A DNA stretch of 64,000 bases from an uncultured Verrucomicrobiae bacterium (GCA_963801815.1 CAWDGJ010000003.1:448001-512000), one strand, 5' to 3'. Positions 46,009 through 56,971 are shown, counted from the stretch's first letter. Notes: generated from the letters alone by a model not told the origin. Numbers and translations are program-made.

Positions 46009-47367
46009 GTGATCGGCGAGACCGAGACGGAAATCCACCACGCCGAGCAAACCGATCACCAGCTGATTCGGGGGATTGGAATTCCAGCGCTCACGGCAAA
46101 CATCGTGAGTGCGACGATTGGCGCAGGGATTTTTGTAATTCCGGCGACGGTTGCGAAAGGGCTCGGCGCGGCCGCGCCGCTGGCGTTTATCTGCTGCGCA
46201 ATCGCGATGGTTTTGTTCGTCACGTGCTTCGCGATCGCCGGCAGTCGCGTGTCGCTGACCGGCGGACTTTACGCCTACGTTGAAGTGGCGTTTGGACGGT
46301 ACGTCGGGTTTCTAGCTGGGATTCTTTATTTCTTAACTGCGCTTGGTGCCGTTGCCGGAGTGGTGAACGTGCTGGCAAATTCAGTTGCGCTGGTGGTGCC
46401 ATTTCTCGGCGGGCCGGTAATGCGCATCGTCGTGATGCTGGCGGTGTACGGAGTGCTCGTATTGATCAATATCCGCGGCGTGCGCGAGGGTGCGGGCGCA
46501 GTCACCGTAATCACGTTCGCGAAACTGCTACCGTTGCTGTTGTTCGTTTGCGCGGGACTTTTTTTTATTCATGGAGCGAACCTCAGCTGGCCGGGCTGGC
46601 CGAGCAGCAAGTCGTTAGGCGATGCGGTGATTCTTTTGATGTTCGCTTTTGTCGGGATCGAGGTGGCGTTGATTCCAAGCGGTGAAGTAAAGAACCCGTC
46701 CCGAACAGTTCCACGCTCGGCCTATCTCGCCCTCGTGATCACTTCGATCATTTACATTTTGATTCAACTTGTAGCGCAGGGAACGCTGGGTGCCGATCTC
46801 GCGAATTATCCGGACGCGCCCCTGGCCGAGTCGGCGGCGAAATTTCTCGGCAACATCGGGCGGACCGTTTTAATCGCCGGCGCGACGGTCTCGGCGTTCG
46901 GATTTGTAACCAGCGACATTCTCAGCTCGCCGCGGATGATTTTTGCCTTTGGTCGCGATGGCGCGTTGCCACAATTTTTTGCGCACGTGCATCCACGTTA
47001 CCGCTCGCCTGACGTTGCGATCATCACTTACGCGTCACTCGCGTTTATTTTATCCATTAGCGGATCGTTTGAACGGTTGGCGGTTCTTTCAAACGTTGCG
47101 GTATTGTTGATGTATCTGCTTTGCTGTGCAGCCTGCTGGTTCTTGATTCGACGAGGCGTCCGCTCAGATGGCCAGCCATTCAGTGTTCCCGGAATGAAGA
47201 TTGTTCCGGTGCTCGCGATCGCCGTGATTTTGTGGATTCTTGGGCAATCGTCGATGAGTGAGAGCTCGGTCGGTAGTGACACGCGCGCCGGATTGCTTCT
47301 GGCAGTTGAAGTGATGACGGCGGCATCGTTTTGGTATCTCATTTCCGCTCGTCTCCGCCGGAAGTGA
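46009..47367 (+). CDS. APC-family amino acid permease
   Basis: ATIGAGIF, FAFVGIE, EVKNPSRTVP, RDGALP; about 12 TM; start uncertain (45973 alternative). Confidence 0.9.
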   Translation: MIGETETEIHHAEQTDHQLIRGIGIPALTANIVSATIGAGIFVIPATVAKGLGAAAPLAFICCAIAMVLFVTCFAIAGSRVSLTGGLYAYVEVAFGRYVGFLAGILYFLTALGAVAGVVNVLANSVALVVPFLGGPVMRIVVMLAVYGVLVLINIRGVREGAGAVTVITFAKLLPLLLFVCAGLFFIHGANLSWPGWPSSKSLGDAVILLMFAFVGIEVALIPSGEVKNPSRTVPRSAYLALVITSIIYILIQLVAQGTLGADLANYPDAPLAESAAKFLGNIGRTVLIAGATVSAFGFVTSDILSSPRMIFAFGRDGALPQFFAHVHPRYRSPDVAIITYASLAFILSISGSFERLAVLSNVAVLLMYLLCCAACWFLIRRGVRSDGQPFSVPGMKIVPVLAIAVILWILGQSSMSESSVGSDTRAGLLLAVEVMTAASFWYLISARLRRK

Positions 47368-47402
47368 TAGGCAAATAACGGAAAAACGTCTAGCTTTCCG
47401 AC

Positions 47403-48737
47403 ATGCGCGACGAATATCTCAAAGATTATTATTCCTTTTTGCGGTTCCCGAGCGTTTCAACGGACGAAAAATATGCCGGCAAGGTTCGCGACTGCGCGGA
47501 TTGGCTTTCCAAAAAACTCGGCGCGATCGGTTTGGAATCGAAAGTTGTCCCCACTGCCGGCCACCCGGTTGTCTGGGCGCGCAATGAGCACAAAAAGAAT
47601 CGTCCGACCGTGTTGCTTTACGGTCATTACGATGTTCAGCCGCCGGACCCGCTCGAATTGTGGGATTCGCCCCCGTTCGAACCCGTTTTGAAAAATGGCT
47701 ACGTATTCGCGCGCGGCGCGACCGATAACAAAGGCCAAATCCTTTCTCACATCATCGGAATTCAGGAAACTTTACAGAAGAACGGCGATCTGCCGGTGAA
47801 TATCGACGTTGTGGTCGAAGGCGAGGAAGAAGTCGGCAGCCAAAACCTTGGAAAATTTCTGACCGACAATCGCGACGCGTTGAAATGCGACGTCGTGCTG
47901 GTGTCCGACACCGGAATGATCGCCAAGCAGACGCCGACACTGAGTTATGGACTGCGCGGAGTCGCCGCGCTTGAGCTGAAAGTTGCCGCCGCGAAGATGG
48001 ACCTCCACTCCGGGGTTTTTGGCGGCGCAGTCGCGAACCCTGCGGCGGCACTCGCGAGAATGCTTGCCACCTTGCACGATAAGAATGGCCACATCACGGT
48101 CGATGGTTTTTATGACGAAGTCGTACCGTTGCAGGATTGGGAGCGCGAAGCCTGGAAAAAATTGCCGATCGATGCCGACGCCGAAATGCTGGCCGAAACC
48201 GGCGCGCCCGCGCTTTTTGGCGAAGCTGGGTTCAGCACGCTGGAACGAATTTGGGCGCGGCCGACGGCGGAGATCAACGGGATGGGCAGCGGTTATCAAG
48301 GACCCGGAACGAAAACCGTGTTGCCCAGTCACGCGATGGCGAAGCTGACCTTTCGATTGGTTCCAAATCAACAGGCCGACGTCATCGTCGAACGCGTTAA
48401 AAAGCATCTGCAAAAAAATCTGCCACCGGGCGTGACGTTGGAAATGACTGCCGGTCATAACGGACCGTGGTATCTGACCGATCCGAACAGCAAATTCGGA
48501 AAAGCGGCGCAGCGCGCCCTAAAAAAAGCCTTCAACAAAGATGCGGCGCTCATTCGCGAAGGTGGCAGCATTCCGATCGTCTCCGATTTCCGAAAAATTC
48601 TTGGCGTGGAGACACTGCTGCTCGGTTTGGCGCTCCAGGATTGCCGCGCGCATTCGCCCAATGAAAATTTTCCGCTGGAGAATTTCGACGTCGGTATTCG
48701 AATGAATCAGGCGGTCTTGCAAGAGCTAGCCGCGTGA
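47403..48737 (+). CDS. M20-family dipeptidase
   Basis: YGHYDVQP, ARGATDNKG, EGEEEVGS, AHSPNE. Confidence 0.92.
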   Translation: MRDEYLKDYYSFLRFPSVSTDEKYAGKVRDCADWLSKKLGAIGLESKVVPTAGHPVVWARNEHKKNRPTVLLYGHYDVQPPDPLELWDSPPFEPVLKNGYVFARGATDNKGQILSHIIGIQETLQKNGDLPVNIDVVVEGEEEVGSQNLGKFLTDNRDALKCDVVLVSDTGMIAKQTPTLSYGLRGVAALELKVAAAKMDLHSGVFGGAVANPAAALARMLATLHDKNGHITVDGFYDEVVPLQDWEREAWKKLPIDADAEMLAETGAPALFGEAGFSTLERIWARPTAEINGMGSGYQGPGTKTVLPSHAMAKLTFRLVPNQQADVIVERVKKHLQKNLPPGVTLEMTAGHNGPWYLTDPNSKFGKAAQRALKKAFNKDAALIREGGSIPIVSDFRKILGVETLLLGLALQDCRAHSPNENFPLENFDVGIRMNQAVLQELAA

Positions 48738-49822
48738 AACAAAGACTGCGCCTCCTCATCGTCAGTGGACTGACGGTGGCGGTGACTCTGGCGCCGGTTT
48801 GCGGGCAGGAACAAAAAGAAACCTTGGGCGACAAGCTGAAAAGGCTTTTCGCCCGTCCGACGCCGACGGCGACACCACGCAGAACGCAGCGAAGAAGTTC
48901 GCCTTCACCAACGATCGCGCCAACTTCGTCGGCAACGTCCCTGCCGCAGGAAGACGCGACCGCTGCCCCTTCTTCCACGGAACCACCGATCGTTTTACCG
49001 GAAGAAGGCGCGCCGACGGTTACGCCTTCGGTGCAGGGGGAAAGCCAATATTTCGAACCGGTGCGCGCAATCAGTCCTGGTCCCCGCTCCCGAATGCAAA
49101 CCGCGCCCAAAATAATTCAAGGGTCGCAAACAACGCCGATCCCAAACGCGACAGCGGCTGAAGTTACGGAAAGTTCCGCGGAGGAATCCGTGGAGTCGAG
49201 ACCGACACCGAGTTTGCCGCCGATGATTGAATCAAGAGCATCGCCTGCTGCTAAAACCACGTTACCGCCAGCCGTCACGGTTTCGGATTTGGAAAGTTAT
49301 CCGCCAAACGTTGGGAAAGTTGTCGACCTCGGCATGGACCTGATGAGGCAAGATCTGCCTTACAAGTATGCTTCCGCCGACCCGGCGAACGGCGGAATGG
49401 ACTGCTCGGGGTTCATTTATTATGTGCTCACGAAGTGCGGGGTTAAAAACGTGCCGCGTGACGCGCGCGAGCAATACATTTGGGTGCGGAAAGCGGGAAA
49501 TTTTCAAGCCGTCCTCGCGCAACGTGATGATACGTTCGAACTCGACGCACTGAAACCCGGCGATCTCCTTTTCTGGACAAACAACTCCGGAGTCAACCGT
49601 GACCCGGAGATCACGCAGACAATGATTTATATCGGCCGTGATAAGGCGACGAACCAGCGTTTGATGATCGGCGCAAGCGAACACAGCTCCTACAACGGCG
49701 AAAAGAAGTCGGGGGTAAGCGTGTTCGATTTGAAACTCGGATCCGCTGAGCCGAAACCCGACGAGGAAGCGACTTCAGTCTTTGTTGGTTACGGACATGT
49801 TCCAGATTCGTCCGGAGACTAA
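48734..49822 (+). CDS. Secreted NlpC/P60-domain protein with long Pro/Ser/Thr linker
   Basis: Signal peptide; GMDCSGFIYY, VPR, LKPGDLLF. Confidence 0.8.
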   Translation: MKQRLRLLIVSGLTVAVTLAPVCGQEQKETLGDKLKRLFARPTPTATPRRTQRRSSPSPTIAPTSSATSLPQEDATAAPSSTEPPIVLPEEGAPTVTPSVQGESQYFEPVRAISPGPRSRMQTAPKIIQGSQTTPIPNATAAEVTESSAEESVESRPTPSLPPMIESRASPAAKTTLPPAVTVSDLESYPPNVGKVVDLGMDLMRQDLPYKYASADPANGGMDCSGFIYYVLTKCGVKNVPRDAREQYIWVRKAGNFQAVLAQRDDTFELDALKPGDLLFWTNNSGVNRDPEITQTMIYIGRDKATNQRLMIGASEHSSYNGEKKSGVSVFDLKLGSAEPKPDEEATSVFVGYGHVPDSSGD

Positions 49823-50019
49823 TCGCGCGAATCGTCGGTCGCCTCATCGTTTACGTGATGTGTTGGCGACGTGGCTGCCGGCGATGGTTTCAATCTTGTT
49901 GATGGCGGCTGCGGTTTGCTTTGCCAAAGATGTTTTACAAACGCGATCGCGACTAAAAGCGTGACAACCAGGATGACGATTCGCTGTTCATGTTTGGTCA
50001 GCTCAAAAATATTTCGCAT
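49819..50019 (-). CDS. Small single-TM hypothetical protein
   Basis: [27 protein letters not shown]; overlaps queC stop. Confidence 0.55.
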   Translation of the reverse strand: MRNIFELTKHEQRIVILVVTLLVAIAFVKHLWQSKPQPPSTRLKPSPAATSPTHHVNDEATDDSRD

Positions 50020-50702
50020 CAGCTCGCGTATTGTATCGGATCCGTGACGCCAGCCTCAGCGAAGCCGTTCTTTCGTAGCTGGCACGAATCGCATTCGCCG
50101 CACGCGCTACCATCTGGCAGGGGGTCGTAGCAACTGTGAGTCAACGAAAGATCGACATTGAGTTCAACAGCTTTGCGCACGATGTCGGCCTTCGACATTT
50201 TAATCAACGGCGCGTGGATTTGAAGCCGCGCGCCTTCGATGCCGGCTTTGGTACCGATGTTAGCGAGAGTTTCGAAAAGCGCGATAAATTCCGGCCGGCA
50301 GTCAGGATAACCGCTGTAGTCGATCGCATTCGCACCGATGAAAATATGGCCGGCATGAATTGTTTCGGCCAGGGCCAGGGCGTGCGCGAGAAAGATCGTG
50401 TTACGCGCGGGAACGTAAGTTACGGGGATGCCGGTCGCGATTTCCTTTTCCGACCGTGACTTTGGAACGTCAACATCATCGGTCAGCGCCGAGCCACCAA
50501 AGATCTGATTGTCGATCTTGACGATGAGATGTTTTTTCGCGCCGAGTGATTTCGCGATTTTCTTGGCCGCCTTAAGTTCACGTTTGTGACGCTGCCCATA
50601 GTCGAACGACAACGCATAAGCCTCGTAGCCCTGCGAACGGGCAATTGCCAGGGTTGTCGCTGAATCCAGTCCGCCGCTGAGGAGAACGATTGCGTGCTTC
50701 AT
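50019..50702 (-). CDS. queC: 7-cyano-7-deazaguanine synthase
   Basis: LSGGLDS, DYGQRH, TYVPARN, GYPDCR, SCY...CGECDSC. Confidence 0.97.
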   Translation of the reverse strand: MKHAIVLLSGGLDSATTLAIARSQGYEAYALSFDYGQRHKRELKAAKKIAKSLGAKKHLIVKIDNQIFGGSALTDDVDVPKSRSEKEIATGIPVTYVPARNTIFLAHALALAETIHAGHIFIGANAIDYSGYPDCRPEFIALFETLANIGTKAGIEGARLQIHAPLIKMSKADIVRKAVELNVDLSLTHSCYDPLPDGSACGECDSCQLRKNGFAEAGVTDPIQYAS

Positions 50703-50709
50703 CAAAGAG

Positions 50710-50861
50710 GAAATCTCGAAAATCGAATATCGAAATCCGAAACAAATCCAAATGACCAAAGCTTGAGATTCTCAAATCGCGCGGGAATACAACCCATTTC
50801 GAGCGTTTGGATTTCGAATTTTGGCATTGTTTCGAAATTCGGATTTCGGCTTTCGAGTTTC
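50710..50861. repeat. Heptamer-periodic long palindromic element between queF and queC
   Basis: CGAAAAT CGAATAT CGAAATC ... AAATTCG GATTTCG GCTTTCG. Confidence 0.8.
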
Positions 50862-51309
50862 ATTCGCCATCGCGGCCAATCTTTTTCGCAGCTTTGTCCG
50901 GATATTCGGCTCGCACGCTGAGGGCGATCCCGCCACGCGCTGAGAATTGGGCGGTAATCGTCGCTTCGCGGGGTGAACACGCTTTGACCAAATCGTCGAG
51001 AATCCGATTTGTGACAGCTTCATTGAAGGCACGCTCGTTACGGTACGATGAGAGATAAAACTTGAGCGACTTGCTTTCAATACAAAGACGATCCGGGACA
51101 TAATCGATGTCGATTCTGGCAAAGTCAGGCTGACCGGTCACTGGGCACAGGCAGGTGAAATCGTCGGTCTCAAAATGAATGTGATAATTCCGCCGCGCAG
51201 GATTTGGAAACGTCTCCAGGCGCGCTTCCGACGGAGCGGACGGCAACTTTGTTTCGATCCGGCCAAGCAGTGTTAACGTGGTGGCCTTGGACGACTTTGC
51301 GCGCTTCAT
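50860..51309 (-). CDS. queF: preQ0 reductase (unimodular)
   Basis: [29 protein letters not shown]. Confidence 0.95.
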   Translation of the reverse strand: MKRAKSSKATTLTLLGRIETKLPSAPSEARLETFPNPARRNYHIHFETDDFTCLCPVTGQPDFARIDIDYVPDRLCIESKSLKFYLSSYRNERAFNEAVTNRILDDLVKACSPREATITAQFSARGGIALSVRAEYPDKAAKKIGRDGE

Positions 51310-51351
51310 TTGCTTGAACGTTCAACGCGCAACAGTGAACTTTCAAATCCA

Positions 51352-51732
51352 ATGACTGAATCGAGCAGCAGCCGTCCAAACAAGGAAGACCGCGTCGGGG
51401 TCATCGATATGATTGCAGACGATCCGAAGACCGATGAGGCGGTGCTGGTGATGAACGAGCCGGAGCCGTGGAACGGTTCGGATGATCGGCTGTTTCAATT
51501 ACAAGAGCGCTTCAACGCCTACGTTTCGTTCTTGCTCGATGGCGAATTTGCCGAATGGGACCCGAAGCTCGCTCGAAAACGGGCGCGGATTGAAGTGCGC
51601 TGTGCGCACATGCCGGACAATCGTGCGATTGAATTGATGGGCCAGATCCGCGATCAACTCGCTCACCAGGAGATTGACGTCCAGGTCGTTGTTGGTCGGG
51701 ACAGTTCACCCGAACCGCCCGCGGGCGATTGA
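51352..51732 (+). CDS. Hypothetical protein (DUF6572-like)
   Basis: VIDMIA.DP..DEAVLVM.E..PW...LQERFNAYVSFLLDGE pattern, recognised from memory only. Confidence 0.6.
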   Translation: MTESSSSRPNKEDRVGVIDMIADDPKTDEAVLVMNEPEPWNGSDDRLFQLQERFNAYVSFLLDGEFAEWDPKLARKRARIEVRCAHMPDNRAIELMGQIRDQLAHQEIDVQVVVGRDSSPEPPAGD

Positions 51733-51748
51733 GGTCAATCGCCCCTAC

Positions 51749-52279
51749 CTAGTATTTCAGAAAAGCGGTCACCGGCGTGGGAGCGAGTTTGTCGCGACCG
51801 CGTAGAAAATCCAGTTCGATCAGGAACTGCGCTTCCAACAATTCGCCGCCGACTTTCTTTATGAGTGCGGCGGCGGCGGCGGACGTTCCACCAGTCGCAA
51901 GCAAATCGTCCACCAGCACAACTCTCTCGCCCGATTTCATGGCGTCGATGTGCATTTCCATTTCCGCTTCTCCGTATTCCAGCGAATATTTTGCGATCTC
52001 GGTTTTGTAAGGGAGCTTGCCGCGCTTGCGAATCGGAACGAATCCGATGTTCAATTCATAAGCGACGGCGGATCCAAAAAGAAAGCCGCGGGCGTCGATT
52101 CCAACGATTTTGTCGATCTTCTTGCCGCGACAGCGTTCCAAGAACAGATCGATCGACGCACGAAAGAGATCGGGATCACTCAGAATGGGCGTGATGTCCT
52201 TGAAGACGATGCCCTCTTTCGGAAAGTCTGGCACGTCCCGCACACCGGTTCGCAGTTTTTCGATCACGCCAGAGTTCAC
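51749..52279 (-). CDS. apt: Adenine phosphoribosyltransferase
   Basis: PDFPKEGIVFKDI, DARGF, RKRGKLP, LEYG, VDDLLATGGT. Confidence 0.97.
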   Translation of the reverse strand: MNSGVIEKLRTGVRDVPDFPKEGIVFKDITPILSDPDLFRASIDLFLERCRGKKIDKIVGIDARGFLFGSAVAYELNIGFVPIRKRGKLPYKTEIAKYSLEYGEAEMEMHIDAMKSGERVVLVDDLLATGGTSAAAAALIKKVGGELLEAQFLIELDFLRGRDKLAPTPVTAFLKY

Positions 52280-52494
52280 GAAGACGATGCTAGCGGGGGC
52301 CAGGTCACGGTCAACGCTATGGAGTTACTTCTGTGTGAGGCGCAGCTCTTCGGTCCGAGAGACTTGCCATTCTCTGCGACAGTGATTTTGCCATCGCTTG
52401 AGGAAACGGCATCGCCCGCGAGGCAAGAAGTAATTCCCGCATCCGCTGCAAGGAGCAGGCCAACTATCAAAGGTGTTAGGTAACCGTAACGCAT
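52276..52494 (-). CDS. Possible small secreted protein
   Basis: Signal-peptide-like N-terminus filling otherwise empty intergenic space. Confidence 0.35.
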   Translation of the reverse strand: MRYGYLTPLIVGLLLAADAGITSCLAGDAVSSSDGKITVAENGKSLGPKSCASHRSNSIALTVTWPPLASSS

Positions 52495-52566
52495 TTACGT
52501 GGAATATTCGCTGTGAGTAGAAGCTTCTTTCAAAGCGGTTTACCCCCCATTACAATTACGATTCCT

Positions 52567-53358
52567 GTGGATCGATATTTTCTCATTGTTTCAACTATCT
52601 GCTTCCTCGCGGCGATCGCCCACACCGTTATCGAACTGCGCGGCAGAGTTTTTCGCCCGATGCGGTTCAATTTTGTCGCGGTCGGTCTCGGGTTCATCTT
52701 TCAAACTGCATTCCTGTCGATTCGCGGCCACGAGGTTGGGCGGTGTCCAATTACAAACTTGTTTGAGGTAATTATTTTCGTCGCGTGGTCGGTCGCGCTT
52801 TTTTACATCGTGGTCGGGCCGGCCTATCGGCTTTCGCTAATGGGCGCGTTCACTGCGCCTTTGGTGGTGTTGCTTCAGTTAACGGCGTTGTTGTTGCCGA
52901 TTGATCATCCTCAGCGAGCGAAATTACCGCCGAGTTCGTGGTTGGAATTTCATGCTTCGATTTCACTTGTCGCCTATGGCGCGTTCGCACTCGCCTGCAT
53001 TGCGGGAGTGATGTACCTCGTCCAGGAACGGCAGCTTAAGACGCATCATCTGCACTCGATTTTTTATCATCTGCCTCCGTTGACGGACCTTTTCGCGGCC
53101 ATCACCCGATTGCTATGGTGGGGCTTCGCCCTTTACACGCTTGGATTAGTCAGCGGGTTTTTCGTGGGCGAGCCGTTGCCGTGGGCTCAGATCGTCTGTG
53201 CGACCGCGGTTTGGGTTCTTTACGGATTAATCTTACAAGGCCGGTACTTGCACTGGTTCGCGCCCAAGCGCGTGGCCGCCCTTTGTGTCCTTGGCTTCAG
53301 CGCCGCGTTGACGCTGCTTTGGGGGATCACGTTCACCTCGCAAACGCACACGCCATGA
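52567..53358 (+). CDS. CcsA/HemX-like cytochrome c assembly family membrane protein
   Basis: CPITNLFE, WLEFHAS, YLVQERQLK, LPPL; directly upstream of hemA. Confidence 0.85.
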   Translation: MDRYFLIVSTICFLAAIAHTVIELRGRVFRPMRFNFVAVGLGFIFQTAFLSIRGHEVGRCPITNLFEVIIFVAWSVALFYIVVGPAYRLSLMGAFTAPLVVLLQLTALLLPIDHPQRAKLPPSSWLEFHASISLVAYGAFALACIAGVMYLVQERQLKTHHLHSIFYHLPPLTDLFAAITRLLWWGFALYTLGLVSGFFVGEPLPWAQIVCATAVWVLYGLILQGRYLHWFAPKRVAALCVLGFSAALTLLWGITFTSQTHTP

Positions 53359-54425
53359 ATCTTTTTTGCGTTGGGCTCAGTCATCACAGCGCGGACGTTG
53401 AAACCCTCGAACGTTTCGGGGGCAATGCGGAAATCGATCGTCTTTTAAAAAGCTCGGGATGTGCTGAAGCGCTTTTACTTGCTACGTGTAACCGGGTCGA
53501 AGTTTATGGCGCATCGGAATCGCGCGTTTCCACCCTAGAGATCGCTCGTTGCCTCGACCGCAAAATCGACAGTCATGTTTCACCTGAATCTGCACCGTTT
53601 TATCGATACGAAGATGCGCAATGCGTTCGGCACTTGTTTCGGGTGGTCTGCGGGATCGATTCGATGGTCATCGGCGAGACCGAAATTCTCGGGCAGGCAA
53701 AGAAGGCGTACGAGGCTGCGCGTTCGGCCAGCTCGGCAGGACGATATCTGCATCGATTGTTTCAGCGTGCCTTCCGTGTGGCTAAACACGTTCGCACCCA
53801 CACTGAAATCACCCGCGGCACGGTCTCGGTCGGTTCCGTGGCGATCGATCTTGCCCAGAGAATCTTTGGCGATCTTCGCATCTGCAAGGTCCTCGTGCTC
53901 GGCGCCGGCGAAACCAGCGAAAAGACGGCGCGCGCTTTGGTTTCACGCGGCGTCAGCGATCTGCGAATTAGCAATCGTTCCGGTGAACGCGCGGAAAATC
54001 TCGCGCAATTGACCGCCGCGCGCGTTGTTCCGTTCGAGGCCTGGTCCACTGAATGTCGCGAAGTGGATATCTTGATAGCGTCGACCTCATCCGAGGTGCC
54101 GTTGCTTTCGCGAACCGAACTCGAACCGATGTTGCGTGAGCGGATCGATCGCCCACTGTTCATCATCGACATCGCCGTTCCGCGCAACGTTAATGCTGAT
54201 GTCGATGATCTCGACGGCGTTTATCTTTACGACATCGACTCGCTGCAATCGATCGCCGAACAATCACTCACCATGCGCCGCGAACAGATTGCCGCGGCCG
54301 AGCAGATCATCGCTGAACACGTAGCCGAATTTGATGAATCAATTGCCCGAGGGTTGAGTCGGGTTTCACAGAGGCCGGAACATTCGGCGGTGGATGAGAG
54401 TTCAATGCGGACATCGGAACTCTAA
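53355..54425 (+). CDS. hemA: Glutamyl-tRNA reductase
   Basis: GLSH, TCNRVE, GETEILGQ, GAGE, DIAVPRN. Confidence 0.95.
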   Translation: MNLFCVGLSHHSADVETLERFGGNAEIDRLLKSSGCAEALLLATCNRVEVYGASESRVSTLEIARCLDRKIDSHVSPESAPFYRYEDAQCVRHLFRVVCGIDSMVIGETEILGQAKKAYEAARSASSAGRYLHRLFQRAFRVAKHVRTHTEITRGTVSVGSVAIDLAQRIFGDLRICKVLVLGAGETSEKTARALVSRGVSDLRISNRSGERAENLAQLTAARVVPFEAWSTECREVDILIASTSSEVPLLSRTELEPMLRERIDRPLFIIDIAVPRNVNADVDDLDGVYLYDIDSLQSIAEQSLTMRREQIAAAEQIIAEHVAEFDESIARGLSRVSQRPEHSAVDESSMRTSEL

Positions 54426-54510
54426 GCGACACACCGATTTGTCGACGTAATTGGATGCACCGTCACGTTGCTTGCGACGGCACCGGACCGCCGCTACAGA
54501 AACAGCAGCC

Positions 54511-55446
54511 ATGACGCGTCCACCCCGCATCAAGATCGTGATCGGGACGCGTGGGAGCAAACTGGCACTCACTCAGACGGAAATGGTCGTCGAGAAATTG
54601 CAGACGCGTTGGGCGGACTTGAACTTTGAAATCAAAGTGATCAAGACGCGCGGTGACGATTCGAAGACGGCCATTACCGACGTTCGCGCCGGACGAAAAG
54701 GGCTCTTTACCGGCGCGATCGAGCGCGAGCTGATTCAGAAGGAAATCAATCTTGCGATTCACAGTGCGAAGGATTTGCCGAGTACCTTAGCGCCTAAAAC
54801 GGAGATCGCTGCGGTGCTGCCACGTGCCGCGGTCGATGATGTATTGGTGGCGACGACGCCGTGTGACCTAGCATCGCTTCCCGCGGACGGAATCGTGGCC
54901 ACCGGCAGTGTCCGACGACAGCATCAGCTTCGCTGGAAACGGCCGGACCTGGAGATTGTCGATCTTCGAGGCAATGTGCCGACGCGTCTGCAAAAACTGG
55001 CCAGCGATCAATGGCATGCGATTATTCTTGCGAATGCGGGTTTGCAGCGGCTCGAATTGAATTCAAGCGAGCAGGGGATCGAGTTCGAAGGAAACAAGTT
55101 CTTTACGGCAATGCTTCCACTCGAGATTTTTGTTCCGGCCGGCGGGCAAGGTATCATTGGAATGCAAATTTGCTCCGACAACGAGCAGCTCAGAGAAATT
55201 GTGGAAGCGATTAGTGATTTTGATACGCGGCTGAGCTTGCGCGCCGAACGTGAGTTCTTGCGATTGTTGCATGCGGATTGCAATCAACCGGTCGGCGTGC
55301 TGGCAACAGTCAAAGGAGCATTGATGAAGATTCGCGCGCAAATCTTCGATGTTGGAGCGACGACGCCGCGACAAGGCGTTATCGAAGGGCCGAGCGAAGA
55401 CGCGGAACGACTCGCGGCGGAGCTTCTGCAACAAATCAATGGCTGA
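54511..55446 (+). CDS. hemC: Hydroxymethylbilane synthase
   Basis: IGTRGSKLAL, KGLFT, HSAKDLP, RGNVPTRL, AEREFL...DCNQPVG. Confidence 0.95.
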   Translation: MTRPPRIKIVIGTRGSKLALTQTEMVVEKLQTRWADLNFEIKVIKTRGDDSKTAITDVRAGRKGLFTGAIERELIQKEINLAIHSAKDLPSTLAPKTEIAAVLPRAAVDDVLVATTPCDLASLPADGIVATGSVRRQHQLRWKRPDLEIVDLRGNVPTRLQKLASDQWHAIILANAGLQRLELNSSEQGIEFEGNKFFTAMLPLEIFVPAGGQGIIGMQICSDNEQLREIVEAISDFDTRLSLRAEREFLRLLHADCNQPVGVLATVKGALMKIRAQIFDVGATTPRQGVIEGPSEDAERLAAELLQQING

Positions 55447-56971
55447 CAAAAAACAGAGTGGAAAAGTCTATCTGGTTGGCGCGGGACCGGGCGATCTCGG
55501 ATTGGTCACCTTGCGCGCGAAAGAGTGCATCGAGAACGCGGAAGTCATTGTTTACGATCATCTGGCGAACCCCGAAATACTTGGCTGGGCGCGCGATGAC
55601 GCAGAGATCATTTACGCGGGAAAGAGAGCTGGCGAGCACGCGTTGAAGCAGGTCGAAATTAACAACTTGATCGTCGAAAAAGGGCGCGCGGGAAAAAACG
55701 TTGTTCGTTTAAAAGGCGGGGATCCGTTTGTTTTTGGGCGCGGCGCGGAAGAAGCGAAGGCGATTGTCGATGCGGGCGTCCCCTTTGAAGTTGTCCCCGG
55801 AATTACGTCAGCGATCGCCGGCCCGGCCTATGCCGGGATTCCGGTAACACATCGCGCGGAGAATTCGCACGTTACATTTTTCACCGGTCACGAGGACCCA
55901 TCGAAATCTGAGAGCGCGATTGATTATGCGGCGCTGGCGAAATTGGGTGGAACGCAGGTGATGCTGATGGGCGTAGAGCGAATCGACCCGATCACGCGCG
56001 AGATGATGGCGAAGGGCGTGCGTCGCGATCTTCCGGTGGCGCTGGTTCGCTGGGCAACGACTGGCCGGCAGCAAACGCTTACGGGGACGCTCGAGAACAT
56101 CGCCCAGCGCATGATTGAAGCAGGATTCGAAGCGCCGGCGGTCGCAGTGTTCGGCGACGTAGTTGCGTTGCGCAAGGACCTAAATTGGTACGAACAGCGG
56201 CCGCTGTCTGGAAAACGGATCGTGGTCACGCGCACACGGAAACAAGCGGGCGCGCTCACCAGTCAACTGCGCTCGCTCGGTGCCGACGTCATCGAATTAC
56301 CGACGATTCGGATTGAACCACCAACCGATTTACGCGAATTCGGCGAGCTTGTTCAAGACGCGCATCTCTACGACTGGATCGTGTTTACAAGTCCCAACGG
56401 CGTCGATGCGTTCTTCGAAATGTTCTTCAAACTTTACGACGACGCGCGCGAGATCGGCGGTGCAAAGATCGCGGCCATCGGGGCGGCTACCGCTCAGCGG
56501 GTGCGAGAATATCACTTACACGTCGATCTTCAGCCGGACGAATTTGTCGCTGAGGCCGTCGTTCGCGAATTTCAGAGACAAGGCGGAGTGGAAAACTTGC
56601 GAATCCTTCTCCCCCGCGCGCAAAAGGCGCGGGACGTGCTACCGAGGGAGCTGTCGAAGCTGGGAGCGATTGTCGATGAAGCATTTGCCTACCGAACTGT
56701 TCCGGAGACGCGCGACGTTACCGGCGCGCGCCGCCGTTTTTTGGATGAGGGGGCCGATTTGATCACCTTCACCAGTTCTTCCACGGTGGAAAATTTTCTC
56801 GCGCTGGGCTTGGCCTGGCCAAAAGGAATGCGTGTGGCGAGTATCGGACCGATTACTTCGAAAACCGCTCGCGATCACGGATTGAAAGTCGACATCGAAG
56901 CGCGACGCCACGACATCGACGGTTTGGTCGAAGCAATTAGAAAATTTTTTATGGCGGAGAAACCGGAGTGA
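55439..56971 (+). CDS. cobA: Uroporphyrinogen-III C-methyltransferase/synthase fusion (CobA-HemD)
   Basis: VGAGPGD, RLKGGDPFVFGRG, VPGITSA; HemD FTSPNGV, FTSSSTV, SIGPIT. Confidence 0.95.
   Translation: MADKKQSGKVYLVGAGPGDLGLVTLRAKECIENAEVIVYDHLANPEILGWARDDAEIIYAGKRAGEHALKQVEINNLIVEKGRAGKNVVRLKGGDPFVFGRGAEEAKAIVDAGVPFEVVPGITSAIAGPAYAGIPVTHRAENSHVTFFTGHEDPSKSESAIDYAALAKLGGTQVMLMGVERIDPITREMMAKGVRRDLPVALVRWATTGRQQTLTGTLENIAQRMIEAGFEAPAVAVFGDVVALRKDLNWYEQRPLSGKRIVVTRTRKQAGALTSQLRSLGADVIELPTIRIEPPTDLREFGELVQDAHLYDWIVFTSPNGVDAFFEMFFKLYDDAREIGGAKIAAIGAATAQRVREYHLHVDLQPDEFVAEAVVREFQRQGGVENLRILLPRAQKARDVLPRELSKLGAIVDEAFAYRTVPETRDVTGARRRFLDEGADLITFTSSSTVENFLALGLAWPKGMRVASIGPITSKTARDHGLKVDIEARRHDIDGLVEAIRKFFMAEKPE

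Noticed and set aside
51310..51351. preQ1 riboswitch upstream of queF
   Set aside because: The gap is about 40 bp, shared with a divergent gene, and has no aptamer stem with A-rich tail.
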